Shown piece by piece: positions 13,042-27,663 of a stretch of 64,000 nucleotides of DNA. How positions within the stretch are numbered: the stretch's first letter is position 1; each line of letters opens with the position of its first letter. This DNA is from Antedon mediterranea (lineage: Eukaryota > Animalia > Echinodermata). Made by a program: the position numbers and the translations under genes. The notes below the pieces were generated by a model. It had not been told where the DNA came from. It did no database searches and saw only the letters and a program-made list of their open reading frames with translations. Where the stretch lies: assembly GCF_964355755.1 (NCBI RefSeq), contig NC_092676.1:23082871-23146870 (forward strand), given 5' to 3'.

Positions 13042-16000
13042 ATGACAGAAAAATTAGAAGAACAAGAAGGAGTACATTTATTTGTGAAGGTATGTAGCCG
13101 TATATTTTGTGATGTTTTACCTTTGCTTCTAGCAAAATAAACGTTAATTTGAGCATGGCTCATCGTCGATAGGCGACTAGCGAGCTAACCGACACCACCA
13201 CCGCCCAACTAGCAGCAGCCTGCAGGACCCTGGTCCTTTCTGCCTGGTTGTTTTCAGATTGAGTAGCTCATGCAAGGCTAGGTGAATAGGCTTATTATCT
13301 AGGCCTATTGAAAGTTAACCTCGTTTGGTTAACTTTTACTTGTTTTAATGTCTTTTTATTCTGTCATTATTAAGTTTTATTATTAAGTGTTTTATTTTTT
13401 TATAAATATTTATTATAAAATAAAATCTTAAATTTTATATTTTGACTGTCAGTGAAATATGGATGGAGTAGAGATGAAAGAATGCTCAGTTGAAAATCTT
13501 CTGTAGTTTTGTAGTGCTTTTGAAAGTCCTTTAGAAAGTCCTTCACATTTTTCTCATTACACATTTAATTATCCTTCTTAACAAACATGAGGTTATTTAA
13601 TATCACTAAGTTAAAGTGCTGTATGATAAATAATAAATACGAGCCATTGAGCGTCTTTATAAATCTTTCAAACAATCTTGTTTTCTCAATTATACAGGAG
13701 ACACAGATTTGATAACATGTGTTTATTTTTAGCTTGCATTTCATTAAAGAATAATGATTTTTTTTATTACCAAAGAATAAAGTTGATTCTATTTACAGTA
13801 GGGAATAACTAATATATGTTTACAAGAGAATATGCAGCATAAGATTTTTTTTAATTATCAATACATGTCATTATTAAATTTTAAAATAATTACAAAGGCA
13901 AGTGAAACCCTAAACCACCCAATATTCAATTTCAAAAAATAAATGATGTGATCAACCCCTCATTTTGGTATACTGTACACCTATTTAAGGGACACTTATT
14001 CACAGTAAGGAGTAGTTATTGAAGGTATCTCTTTTATAGGGGTTTTACTGTTACATAATTGAACTCTCAAGGTGAGACCTCCTAATATGATGTACTTTTA
14101 CAGGTACTGTATATCATTTTACTGTATAAACTACAAAGCAATGCAGTGTGTACAGTTATGAATGTAAAACAGTAAAGATGAGAAAATAATGACATTTTAG
14201 ATTAGTAAATACAGTATCTTGTAGTTTTGTAAACATTGATTGGTTGAGCAGCAATGTTATTGGTTGAGTTGCAAATATTAAATAACAAACGTAAACAAAA
14301 ATACATTTTATAGTTTGTGACATTTTGCTTGACATTAATAATAATAACTAATATGAACATAAATGTGTACACTGTGATTACAAATAACCACCAATCACAG
14401 AATGACGTACTCAAATTGAACTTTACCTGATTGCTACTAACAACCAATTAGTTTAGACGTAACGACCTGTCATTTAATTATCTAAACGTGCTTTATGCCT
14501 CAAAATGTATATTTCCTCAAAATTTATGGGGTGTTAACGATTGTGGACTAAAATTATTGCTTAGAATTTTATGTTATTACACTCATTAAATATGCATTCA
14601 TACTAAACACGCTTTTATTCTAATTGTTAATATGAACTAAACTTGTTCTTACTGTCAGTTGTACTGTACTGTAGGTTGTATGAAAGATCTCAGTATTTCT
14701 CCAGCGGTCAAACGTTTAGTTTTACTACAGCTGTCAATCAGCATTGCGTTGCAGCTAAAAGTTGCTCAGCTAACTAGTTAAATGGCGTTTAGACACCAAA
14801 TCAATTGGGTGTTTTTAACCTTTATTTCCAGGCTGCTATTTAACAGATTATTGAAAAACTTTTCCTGTTTCTGCTCCCACGAAATTGAGGTTAATTTATT
14901 CATACAGTTTTTAACAAACTGTTTTTGCAGCAGAATAATGACCTAAAACATACTGTTAACACAAGAAATGGATATACAATAATCTGTGGTTGAGAATTAG
15001 ATAATTGTATTGATAACTCCATATATAACATATACTGTACTGTACATAATTACATCATATTTTATGTTGTTAATAGTTGTTGGTTTATTATCTAGTTTCT
15101 GAAAACCGCATACTGCAATTGGTACTGTATGTGAGATAATTTTATGTAACAATGCAGGGAATAATTTCTACATTTGTGTAGCAAAAAATACAATACAAAA
15201 CTATGTTTCTTGACTAAAAAATCAGTTTGATAGCAATTTTGCTAAACAAAATTTTCAAATGAAATTTTTCCCTGCAATGAAGTAGGGTTACAAAAATGTA
15301 AATACTCTATGGGCTTGGCTAATGTAGATTGGGCAAACATTGTAAAGTGCATAGTACAGTAGTTATAACCATTTTGATTACTTTATGTACTTCTGTACAA
15401 TTGCCTTTAAAGTCAACAATATCTATTGTAATTCTGCTTTACTTGGGTGCTCCACGATAAAAACTGAAACTACTATTAACAATTAGGTCAGCTATAAAAA
15501 GAAAGCTGTGATTCAGTTATGCTTGAGCCTTTAATAATTACTAAATAGTAAAAACGTAGTATTTTACATTAGACTCTAAAATGTGAAAAAACACTTGACA
15601 GTGTATTAACTATTACTATGCTATAACTACACTTTGTTGACTGAATCTAATTAAATGTGTAAAGGTTACAGTACTTGAATTTAAATTTGTAAAATGCCGT
15701 TTTTGCATCAAAAAGCAAAATTATTTTAAATTCAAATTAAACAGGATAGTAGAAAGACAAGAAACTTACCTAAAATTTGATAAAACAATACAATAGCTGT
15801 TAAATAGCTTCTTACATTTCAGATATAGAGATTTTGTAAAGTACAGTTCCTGTTTTTTAATTAAAATATAATTCAATATTTACTGTTAATGTTTTCTGTT
15901 AATTAGTAAAATTTTTGCCAAGTTTTAATATAAAATATTGAATTTATTATATAAATATGTATTGATTGAATATATTAAATCATTAAAAAAACAAGATTTA

Positions 16001-19000
16001 TGTAAACTGATGTAAAATGATGATTAATGTAATATACTGTTTGTCCTTGCTGGTACTGTGAAAGTTTCATAGGCGTAACCAACATGTTCTATTTAAGCAA
16101 CGTTGACGACACTGGATACAAACATTGAGATTCCATACTAATACATGCAGCATCAAATTGCTAAACCATCTCATATTTAGTGTTTGCGGGTATATTACTA
16201 ATGCACCCCTGTAGTTTTGATATTCAGAGCTTTATACTATGATCTTTAGAGGTCAAACAGAAATTGACCCTACATTAATCTATAGATCACTGCCATATGT
16301 ATACATCATTTTCATAAATATGAAGATTAATTTTTGAAGATGTAAAGTGACTGCACTTATGTTCACTCATCATTAATGTTCTACAGTACTGTTACTTACT
16401 GTACTATACGATAACAAGTTTATTTGTATACTGTATTATAACATATTTAAAAAAAAATATACTTTCATCTTTATAGACAGTTGTACTGTACTGTAGGCAT
16501 AAATGTACTGTGTCTGTGTGTTGTGGTGCTGAATAATGTGCTTAAATTAAAGCCCCATTCCCTACGTTTTTTAGATCTAATTTAAGATCACAAACTATAT
16601 TTAATGTAAAAATAATACTATATGGTCCTATTGCGATAACTTTTTTCGTCTTTAAACGGTTAAAAATGTGAAAAATAAGTCGATTCTAATAATTATAGCG
16701 GCCCGCTATAAATCCCAAAATGCATTGCGCGCGGATTGATATTTTTGTTTTTCACCTGTAATTCGCCCACTTTTCGATCGATCGTGAGGCCAAAACAAAT
16801 GGAAGACTCCTAACTTTTCAGCGAAAATACCGGGTTTTCCCCAATTTGTATCAACGGAGTCTGGCAAAAATAGAAAGACAATTAATGCAGCAACTATACA
16901 ACGTCAGGCTAGGTATATAGCTCGCGTACGATGTTCGTACGTTACCGATGTTTACCAGCTAGGCCTACAAAACTAAGCCTAGCTAGGCTAGGCCTAAGAC
17001 CGTCCACGAGAGGTCGATCGCCGCGAGCTACTTAGGTAGTGCATTGTTTCTCACTTTTTATCATAATTTACCATAAAACGTACATTTAAGACAAGGAATG
17101 ACATGGTTTAATGTTTTTAAAGTGATATATATGTATTATTTTCCAAAAAACGTCCAAAATTGCAGGGAAGGGGTCTTTAATTGTATTTAATGTTCCTACA
17201 GTATACAGTAAATGTACACAAAATTTACCTCTTTCAAGGAGGTTACAGTACTGTATATTTCTTTTTTTTTCTTTGTACTGTACATTGATATGTCACAGAC
17301 CAACCACATTTTCACAGAAATATACTTTCACCTTTATAGACAGTTGTAGGCATAAATATACTGTACTACTACTGTTATAATGAATTATAACCACAAACTA
17401 CATCATTTGGAATTAAACTTTAGTAATTCACAGTACAGTACAGTAGCTAAATAATCTAGTTTACACACCTCAAGGTGATGATTAAATATCAGGTAGGCAA
17501 ATTGCTATGATTAACCATGGACATAATATAATACCTCCAGGAATTACTAAAGGTGTACTGATTTAATATTACCTTGAGAGGTTTTAGCTAAAACCACATA
17601 AGCCACACAATTACGCCTTGACATCATCATGTACATTGAATTACTTTGTTTATTTTTCAAGTAGGACTTTCAATATGGTCACTTTGTTTAGTGATATTAT
17701 TGTTCAGTCTTCATTGTTTAAGCTAATCAGCAATTATAAAAGTGTTTTTTTATTGTATGTACTGTAGTTTATAACCATATCTGTTGATTTAGTTCTTCTA
17801 CGGTATATTTAAACTAACTTGGTTTGTTTATTTAAATTCGCATGTCTTTTAATTCTGTTTGGTTTAGTGTACATTGTATCTACAAGTAGCTAATTTGTCC
17901 ATGTCTTTAATAAAAACATTTCCTACATTATATTCCCGAACTGTTAACAATTGGGCTATTTACTGTAATGTTTTTATACACCACTAAGAAAACTTGTTTG
18001 GGTCCCAAAGGTGTCCTCTTAAGAGGGGTTTTACTGTAATTAATAAACAGAATAAGGATGCTTTTGTGAGTCTTTATAAAAAAATTGGTTTCAGTTTCAG
18101 TAAGTATGTACCGTATGCCAAATACCATTCTAGTAATGACTTTCTACCAAAATTGTAGGTCTATTCAATTGTGTCTAGAATTTCATTATGGTCCACTGAA
18201 TAAAGTATAAAATTCTGTACTGTTGTTTTTTGTAAGAAATATTTCTTATTTATAGATCTTTTCCTGTTGTGAGTGATCATAAATTTATAATGTAATAAAC
18301 TAACATAACATTGCAATTTTAATAGAAGTTAATTATTTTCTCTACCAAATGTTGTACAGGCAATAGTGTCAAGCTCATCATGGTATACTGTACAGTCTAT
18401 TTTAAGATATTTCACCATAGTTTTTTTGTGACTAGCAAATGCCTGGTGAGCTACTTTCTGCAGATTTTATTTTTGAGCTGGTCCCATGTTTTGTTTGTTG
18501 CTACCTGCTGTGTTTGCAAATGGACTATTATAGTATAGATTCCACTCTATAGAGAAATAATGTACAGAGTATGTCAAGTACTAAGGCATAGAAATCATTC
18601 GTTGTTCACAAAAAGTTTCACAAAAAAAATTTGCATATTTTATGTTTATTTGCATATGATGCAAATGAGCCGTATCTGACAGGTGTGATTTTTAGAATAT
18701 TATTATTTGTAACAAGTGTGACTTTTAGAATTATAAATTATTTGTGATCTTTTTTACCGTTTTTAGCTACAGTATCATAGTATAATCTCATGGCCTAGGC
18801 TAGGACAAAGACGTACTTGATTACAATTTACATTGCTACAAACAATATTTTCTTATTTTAAAGGCAAAACTGTTTTATTATATTTCGACTTGAGGTATGA
18901 TCAATGAGCATTATTTTTCTTTGGACATCATTAAACTTTACAGTATGGATCTGTTCAAATACAGTGGGCGAGCTTAGTCATGGTTGATTGATTTACTGTA

Positions 19001-22000
19001 GTACTTCTGTATCTTTAGTAGGTTTGAAATAACAAAAATAAACTTATTCATACTAAAAATTACAGTAGGGCTACTGTAGTGTTCTTAATTTAAAATATCT
19101 GGATTGTCCAATGCTTTTATTTATAACAGAAATAAAGAATGTTCTGATACCTTTATTAAGATAAAGGTAGTACAGTATAGCCAAATAATATCTACCTTAA
19201 ATTAATAGAAATAAACTTCAATTCACTAAAAATAACAGAAGGGCTAGTGTTCTTTATTTAAAATATCTGGATTGTCCAGTGCTTTTATTTATTATAACAT
19301 GGAATAGAGAATGTCCTGATATATAATATAGGAAAGATAAAAGTAGTATAGCTAAATACTATTTACTTTAGAATTTACTGTAATAGTCGTAGGTCTCTTA
19401 TCAGCAGCATGATAAAATTGTCTAAAGGTTTTGTGGGTTAGTCCGAACAGTCCAAAGGTGGACATACCACGCCTTGTAATACTGTATGAACTTAAGCTCT
19501 ATCTACACTATTAAACTTTATGTGATGTGCCCATATATACAGTATCTACCATATATACCATGTTTAGGCATATCACTACCATATTTGGATATATCACGTG
19601 TATGCGAATGTCAACAAGTTTAGAGATGAGTGGTAACATCTGAAATCATAAATAGTAATGCTTCTGACGCAAAATACAAATACGGAATTAACTTCTTAAT
19701 ATCCAACTTAAACACTATATGATAAGGTATAACATTAACAATATAATAATATACAAACTAAAACTATTGTTGAAACATGTATAGTATTATGTTTGTGTTG
19801 TAACAGGATATTATCAAGGAAAACTAATGGATGTTGAGCTCCGAAGATCAAAGAGTTTATCTTTGGCTGCGACATGATCAGTTCCAGGCTGGCTCCTTAT
19901 TTTTATCAGATACGATGTGCCGCGGAGAATATGATAATACAGCACTGTGGTAATTGTCGACATAGCCAGACATAAAATCACTGTTAGGAGTTCCTATCTT
20001 CGCAAAGCAAGCTTAGTGTCCTGTCCTGTTGTAAGATTGCCTTAGTATTAATAAACCAATGTTCTTCTATGAAAGATAAAACCTGAAAAGCATGCCTGAG
20101 TAACTCAGGTGTAACAACCTATACAATGACAAGTACACAAAGATGATGATGTTTAGAATACCTTACTTATCTATCATTTATTACAATAATATGCTCTATA
20201 TAAACATTTCCTAAAACTGTATAGTTTTTGTTGGCTGCAAAAGTGTAAATGCCTTTCTTTTTCATAATAAAAAAAATTTGTTTTACTGACTGACTCACTC
20301 CTGAATTCATTACAATAATATAAACATTTTGACGGGTATATAATACATTTAACTATTGGCTCTATGACATTTTCATAATAAAAAAAAGTGAGTTTTACTT
20401 TATTTACTTCAGAATTGTTTGTCATTTTAATTAAACCTATTTGATTTCTAAACAATATTTTGAGGTTTTTGACATTTACAGTAAATGAGTAATTTAAATA
20501 TTAAAGGCATTATAATAGTAAGTACAGTAGTAATTAGTATGTGCAGAGCCTTGTTGGTTAGATGGAACATAATTACAATACTGTAGAACGTATAATTATG
20601 GACCTATAAATTAGATCCATGGTATGACTATAATAATGTAAAATGTATATCAACATTTCCAATTAGTCCATTAACCATTTGAAACTAGGCTTGATAAAAG
20701 GGACTGTTACATCAGATAATAATAGTTTATTTATGAAACATTGTATAAAAGCAATATGCATACAATGCATTAATAATATTTATTGACGTTCATATTATAA
20801 TATCCAGTTTGTAGTACCGCAATCAACTGATACATTGTATGAAAGTATTGTATTGATCATAATAATATGGTTTCAAAATTTACTTTTATTATTTGAATTG
20901 TAGCCTCTAATTTTGATAGTAACTTATAAGGATTATTTATTTTTCTTACTTTTTAGGCTGGAATAAATGGAAGGGACCTTGGAGACTGCCCTCTGTGTCA
21001 GCGTATTCACATTTTACTGGTTCTGAAGAAAGTTGAATATTATGTGCACACTGTAGACATGAAGAAAAAAACACCGGAATATCGAAATATTTCAGGTAAC
21101 TATTGAAAGAATTTCTTCTAGTCCATCAAACTAGTTAGACAAATATGGTAGTGATAGTGTAGACAGAGCATTACACTGACTTCATTTTTTGGAAAGAATA
21201 ACAAAATGGGCATTCATGTGAAATTTATATTTAATATAAAAATATATTGAAATATTGATTTCTACTATTAACAACTTACAGTAGATACTATAGTGTTAAT
21301 TATTAACTTATCATGAATGTTTATATTGAAATTCACTTTGTTTATATACTTCAGCATATGGTTTAAACATTTTCAATCAAGTTTAAATTTTGTAATTACA
21401 TTTCATTCCCAGGTGGAAAGCCTCCTCCAATGATTTGTGATGTTTACGGAGGGAACGTTGTTACAAAGCAAGACGTTGCGAGAATCGCTGATTACCTGGA
21501 GCAAACAATCCGTGAACCGAGTCTAGAGTGTGAAAATGAGGCTGCAAACAAAGTTGGCATTGATTTGTTCAGGGTGTTTGCAGGGTGAGTGTTGTTTAGG
21601 CCTGTGGTCTGCTCAAATGCATGTCACTGCCTGTCCTGACCGCGAAATTGTTATTAATTGACCTCTCTGGCAGAAATCATGAATAATGCATGATATTAAT
21701 TATATTAGAGACAGCCTACCTACTTCCTAAATATAACTCAACCTAACCATCTAAATAATCTCTCTCAGCTCAAAATGCATGTCATATCTTGTCCTGGCCG
21801 CAACATTTTTATTACTCGACCTCTCGGGCAGAAATCATGAAAAAATGCAAAAAATTAGTTGTCTACAATAAAGATAGTCGTCCTCCTTTCTTCACGACCT
21901 GAAGTCCAGACAATTGCCCCATACAAGCTGGCTTGCCAACAACTGTTGATACAACCTATTCGATTTATATCATAATGTCTTTTTTTTATCCCAAAATTTA

Positions 22001-23250
22001 TTTCATGAATTATTTCGAGTATTAGAATTTCGCATCCTGACCTTTGTCAAAGTTCTGGTGCTCTTGATTCAAACAATAGATTTTCAATTATTTATAAATA
22101 GTGGCACTATGGTTAAAACCTTACAAATTCCAGGTCCCTTTTTAATCAGCAGTTTGAATAGTGAATATGGACTTTTAGAGTCGAAGTTCACTTCCACATG
22201 GGTTGTAGTCGACTGTTGACAGATATTGAAGTGTCTGTCGTCTAGAGCATACGCAAAATGATGTCATAGGGTTGCAATCAACATAGTCCACGTGAACATC
22301 TAAAAGTCTCTAATAACACTACGTGGAAAATCTACAAAACGTTGAACCTTTCCCACTCTTGGTCAGTCCCAGGTTTGACATAAAACATATCTGTTTGTAC
22401 AATCATCTTATCTCTGATTAGTTATCAACTGTGTCTGCTATCATAGACATATTTGCATAATAATTCACCTGTTCACCTATTAAACCAGGTACATGAAGAA
22501 CCAAGACAAAACTAAGGACGATGCCCTGAAAGCAAAGCTGACAGAGGAACTCAGAAGCGTGGACAAATTCTTAAAGAGCGATGCCTCTCCCGGATGCTAT
22601 CTTGATGGTGATACTATGAAACAACCAGATTGTAACCTCCTTCCAAAACTACATCATGTTAAGGTTGCTGGCAGAATTTTAAAGGTACAGTAACCAATTT
22701 TTTGGCCCATCTCGTTTGGTGTGTATTTTTTGTTAGTTTAATTATGCAACTCTAAAGGCCAATTTATACAGATGAACGGTAAACGGAAAACCTCATGCTT
22801 GTCCTACATAGAATCTGTATCTATCCTCTCCACATTTTGTTATTATGGTCATAAGAAATAACATAGATTCTATGTTTTTGTTTACCGCTTTACTGTTACT
22901 GCTTGTCTTTGTAAATTGGCCTTAAAACTACATCATGATACATTGAGTGATTTACAGAAAACACAATAGATAAGTAGACAGATAAGATCTGGTGCTAAGC
23001 TCACATACCATAAAAGTAAAATTTATTTATTATCGTCCTCAAGCTTTAAAATGAAACTTGACATTTTTTAATCCGGTAATAAATCAATTTAAACATTTGG
23101 TTTTTTCAGAGTTTTTCTATTCCCGATGAATTTGATGCTGTACACGAATATTTAAACACCTGGTATGCAACAGACGTGTTCGAAAAAACAAACTATCCTG
23201 ATGCGGAAGTTGAATACGGGTGGAAACACACCAGATTAAGCCACAGTTAA
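13042..23250 (+). CDS. CLIC: Chloride intracellular channel (CLIC) family protein, 231 aa
   Basis: Exons 13042-13089, 20957-21095, 21413-21584, 22489-22684, 23110-23250. Motifs LFVKAG..G..LGDCPLCQR, TVD.K, I.DYLEQT and YLDGD.M...DCNLLPKLHHVKV are diagnostic of CLICs. First intron is ~7.9 kb. Confidence 0.95.
16551..17176. mobile_element. Kolobok-like non-autonomous DNA transposon
   Basis: TTAA on both flanks; TIRs AGCCCCATTCCCTAC / AGACCCCTTCCCTGC (reverse complement). Confidence 0.75.
19025..19370 (+). repeat. Tandem duplication of ~180 bp in CLIC intron 1
   Basis: AAATAAACTT..ATTCA.TAAAAAT.ACAG.AGGGCTA...AAAATATCTGGATTGTCCA.TGCTTTTATTTAT occurs twice. Confidence 0.7.
19814..20045. mobile_element. 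MITE with TCAAGG...CCTTAG ends and 5-bp TSD (copy 1)
   Basis: TATTA on both flanks; internal sequence shared with 40594-40811. Confidence 0.7.
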
Positions 23251-24330
23251 GGGGTCTCTTATTCGTTGTTAAATCATACTACACAAAACTAACTATCAAT
23301 GGATTCGAGATGATATTTATATGGTTGTTTGCTTACATTCACACTAAAGCTTCTTTCACACCTTCTCCTGTATGGTTTCTAGCAAATAAAGTCGAACGTC
23401 AATGTTTCTCACATACCGAATGGCCCATAACTCTGTGGAGCGTCGTGAAAACGAAACATTTATGTTTCAATTTTATTTGCTAGACCAGAGCAGATGTGAA
23501 AGACTATTATGAACAAAAATTACTGAATTAAAATAGTTGTACACCTTTATAAAATGATAATTGTGCTTGCATTTGGAAAGCTTTACCAGCGCATCAATTT
23601 TGAAATGAGATCGATAATATGTCTGTATTACTGTAATCAGCTTTAGAGAATCCTTTCGTATCCATTAAATAGGCTTTATGTGTAGTGGAATTGAACTGTA
23701 AACAGCTGATCATACTGCTAAGAAACTAATGCTTGTACAGAAATAACTCAACTATAGAGGGTGTCCTTTAACAAAAATAATGACATTTTCAATCCTTGCA
23801 ACTGCATTGAATCTATGCTTCGTCGCCTATAAGTAGTTTATTATCACACTAAGTATATTTGATTGTACAATAGAATTGTCATGCACATGTTATCACAAAT
23901 ATGATTACATACAAGATTTGAAAATATTTAGTTTGTGAAAAAAGAGAATATTAGTCATCAGAAGTTTATGTTAATGAAATAAAAATAGTCGCAATATAAT
24001 ATCCACTTGATTATACTATAGGCCTTTTGTGAATTACTATAAAAACAATGTATGCCATTTGAGGTTTATTTTGTTCAGTATCATAGAGGATTCTATGACA
24101 CAATGGCCTGTGATACAGTAGTAGCATGTGATGCTGTATCACAGGGTTTGTCTATGATCCTGGAAAAGGTTTATTCTTTTATATACTGTATAAAAATGTC
24201 CATTATATTGTACTAGGCTTTATACTAGAGTCTTAAGCTAAATCTAATGATGGTGGCTACACTCTATGATGATGTAAGCTGGTAAAATGAAGCCTTATAG
24301 AAGCCGTTAGAATAAGCGTATAACTGTAGA

Positions 24331-24685
24331 CAGATGTTCCAACCCCCACGTTGGAGGTTTCGGGAGGTTTACTTATTGTTAAAAGATTTGACGCGTTTTA
24401 ACAGATTTGATGCATGTTTAACAAAATTGACGCATATTTATCAAATTTGACGCGTTTAATAGATTTGACATGTTAATCACAAAATATGTTGCATAATCGA
24501 CATTTCAATGTCTACCAGAGTTGCGTCACGCTTTCTAGCAACTAATCTGATTAGTAATTATGTATAAATACAGAAATAACCTTCGAAAAATGTTTTTATC
24601 TAAAACCAAAATTTCAGGAAATTTTGTTAATATTCATGGAGAATTTGAGAGGCTCCCATAGAAATTGAGAGGGTTGGAACATCTG
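24331..24685. mobile_element. TIR element with 6-bp TSD downstream of the CLIC stop (probable 3' UTR)
   Basis: 15-bp TIR CAGATGTTCCAACCC, TGTAGA on both flanks, internal ATTTGACGCGTTT repeats. Confidence 0.75.
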
Positions 24686-27663
24686 TGTAGATGTCCACTA
24701 AAGCACATTTATATCCTTGACACACTATCCCTTGTTTAAATAGATGTAATATTTTATATGGCAGGGTTTTCTTATTAAATCACCTTAAATAATTAGCCTC
24801 TGTTAGTTTTGATCAAATGTTTAATATACATGTTTGATTACAGATTGCACTCATAATACCCTTTTATAAATATAAACAGGAATGTTATGTATTTTTAGGT
24901 TATAGTTTATTTGGGAGAAGGAAGTTGTGGTATTTGTCGTCCACACCTGTGCGCAATTAAGCCCAGTAGGCAGGTTATTCCCCATTTACATTGCTCTAGC
25001 TGAATATTTAAAAAATCACATTCTTCGGGTGGTTTTTATTTTAAAATGTTTACCACAGTACGGACGTGAAATATTATATGTTGAAAGTTCTTAATAAATT
25101 GCTATTAGGTGGACCGTGTTTGCATGCATTAAATAGCATTCATATTATTGTAATTAAGCCTGTATTCAGATTATAGAATTAATTTACGATAGTATACATT
25201 TTAAAGGTTTTAGCATAAATTAGTTGTAGTTTACAGAGTGATTTAATTCAGTGTGATAAAGATGCCATCACACTAATCCAACTGTCTAGACAAGTATGCA
25301 ACTTGTGCGTTTATAAAGTACATTTCAATCATGTCGACGCTATGTTGTGGAAATTATGAAGAGGGGGATGGGGGGGGGGGTCTTTTTTCGTTACTTTTTA
25401 CAAGTATAAATACATTATTATAATTGTTATTTTTATTTCTCTCTTAAAAAGAGTGTGATAATCCTAGTTTCTCGGCCCTATTATTCTCTGTACTAATTTC
25501 CTAGACTATCCCCGCACTTTTCCCTTTCACCATCTCCTTTCAATTCTCCTTCCTTTATTCATAGATGTATTCCCTGATTCTGGGACTGGATATTCCCCAT
25601 TTACAGTACCTAGTAAAATATGCCAGTGTTTTTTTATTTGTTGATTTTTAAGGTAAAATTAAGAATCACAAAACGGGAAGAATTTTTTGATTATTAAAAT
25701 GTAAAGTTAATCTTTGTAAGTTTTTGATAATGGTATATTGGTGCTTATCACTGTTTTTTTAAACATTATACTTAAGTGTGAATTAGTTGGTTAATAACTA
25801 CAAATAGCATAGTACTGTAACACATATTTTAGTGATTCACATGGCTCACAAGCTGGACTATATAAACACCTTGCTTTAATATACAATTTCTTAATCTAGA
25901 TTTAAGGCATGTGATAATATATTTTGTTGGGTAGAATGGTATTATAGTTTGTTCACTAGTAGTTTAGTAATGTTTACTTTCATCTAGATTAAAAGTTCAG
26001 ACACATTTAAACACATATCAATGCAAAAGCTGAGGTCTTTGCATAGTTAAAATAGTTCCCAAAGTGACCAAATTCCTGTACACAGTAGAACAATTTATGC
26101 TATATTCGGCATGTTATGCTTAATCGTATTGATATAAATTTTATATTCTTTATAATATATTGACATAAAATTTAAATATAAGAAAAAATATTTACCACAG
26201 AAAATGATTTTGCATACATTTTTAATAGTATTCATAAAATGTAATTCCATAAATTAGTAGAAATTTTGAAAGTTTTGTTTTATTATTAGAATTTAATTCT
26301 TATTTTGTAGAAATACATCACCTTTAAAACCCAAGTTAGATAAACATTTAAATGTACCCGTAGTTTATATTGTAGTATTGTTTGTATGTTTTACCATGTA
26401 CTATATAATTTTAACTATTAATTTGCATGGCTAACGATATTGACGTTTAGTCCAGGGAATACGGATATTATGGACATCTTGAGATACGACCATTTATTAT
26501 GGAATTGACAAAAAAATTGAAATCAACTAATAAATTGTCCTCATAAAATATATATGTTGTTTTGTTTCATTGTTTTCAGAAGAATGAAAGCATGTGATTC
26601 TTGTATATTTTATTGTCGCTTATGGCATTATCTCTCCAGTATCACAGAGAATTCCATGATACAGTGTTACATGTCTATCACATCTCCAGTATCATAGGCA
26701 ATTCCATGATACAGTGTTACATGTCAATCGCATCCTTGTATCGTTGAAGCTGGAATAGGTTTGAGCACCATTACCGAGGTATGCTGTCCATAAAATTAAT
26801 GAATGTAATATTAAAAACAGAATCATATGTTTGGTTGACCATAGGCTGGTTATTTCTGGTTTTCACGCTGCTGCTCTAGCCCGCTACGTCACACGAGATG
26901 ACTCATTCATTAGATGAAATCAAGCAGCTTTATTGTACTACACTTTGACATTTTTGTTAAAATGGAAACTCCACTATAATTTATTGGTACCACCTGTTGA
27001 ATCCAAAAACGGCTGAGAAAAGAGTCTAACGACAAATCCCAAAGCATTCTGGTATTTATGAGTTTCATGATATAATTCGCTGTCAGATAATCATTGAATT
27101 ATTATCAAAACAGTCCATTGAAGTTTTTGTTTGTAATAGGATACTTGAAGTATCTAGGCATGATGAAGTGACCCCCAGACTTGACCTTAGCAATAACAAT
27201 AAGCGAGCAGCGTTTTTTGTAAGAAATATTCTTGTTTAGAACTATATTTACAAAAAAAAAATTAGACAAAAATGTCAAAAATTGAAATGATTATAAATAG
27301 CACCCTCTATTTATATCAATAGCAGCCAGGTCTAACAGTACACCACCACTACACTGAATTCAGTATGTTGGAAGAAATAAACAGTTTTTATTTTGGCTCA
27401 CTGCTGTTGCCTTATTTTGAGAATCATTCCAATAGCCAAAACAAAATCTAAATCACATATGTATGTCCAATACAATTGCACAAAATATCAAGGTCGCTGT
27501 CTGAAGATTTGGCATTAAAACGGTAAACACTGAATCCATCAACAGGGCCTACTGAAAACATAGTTTTCTACAAAATGGAATCGATCACTTTTGATAGATT
27601 TTTGTTTCTTGTAGCTTATATTCTTCTTTTGCAGTTCAAATCCAATTTAAACAGGTTATTCAC

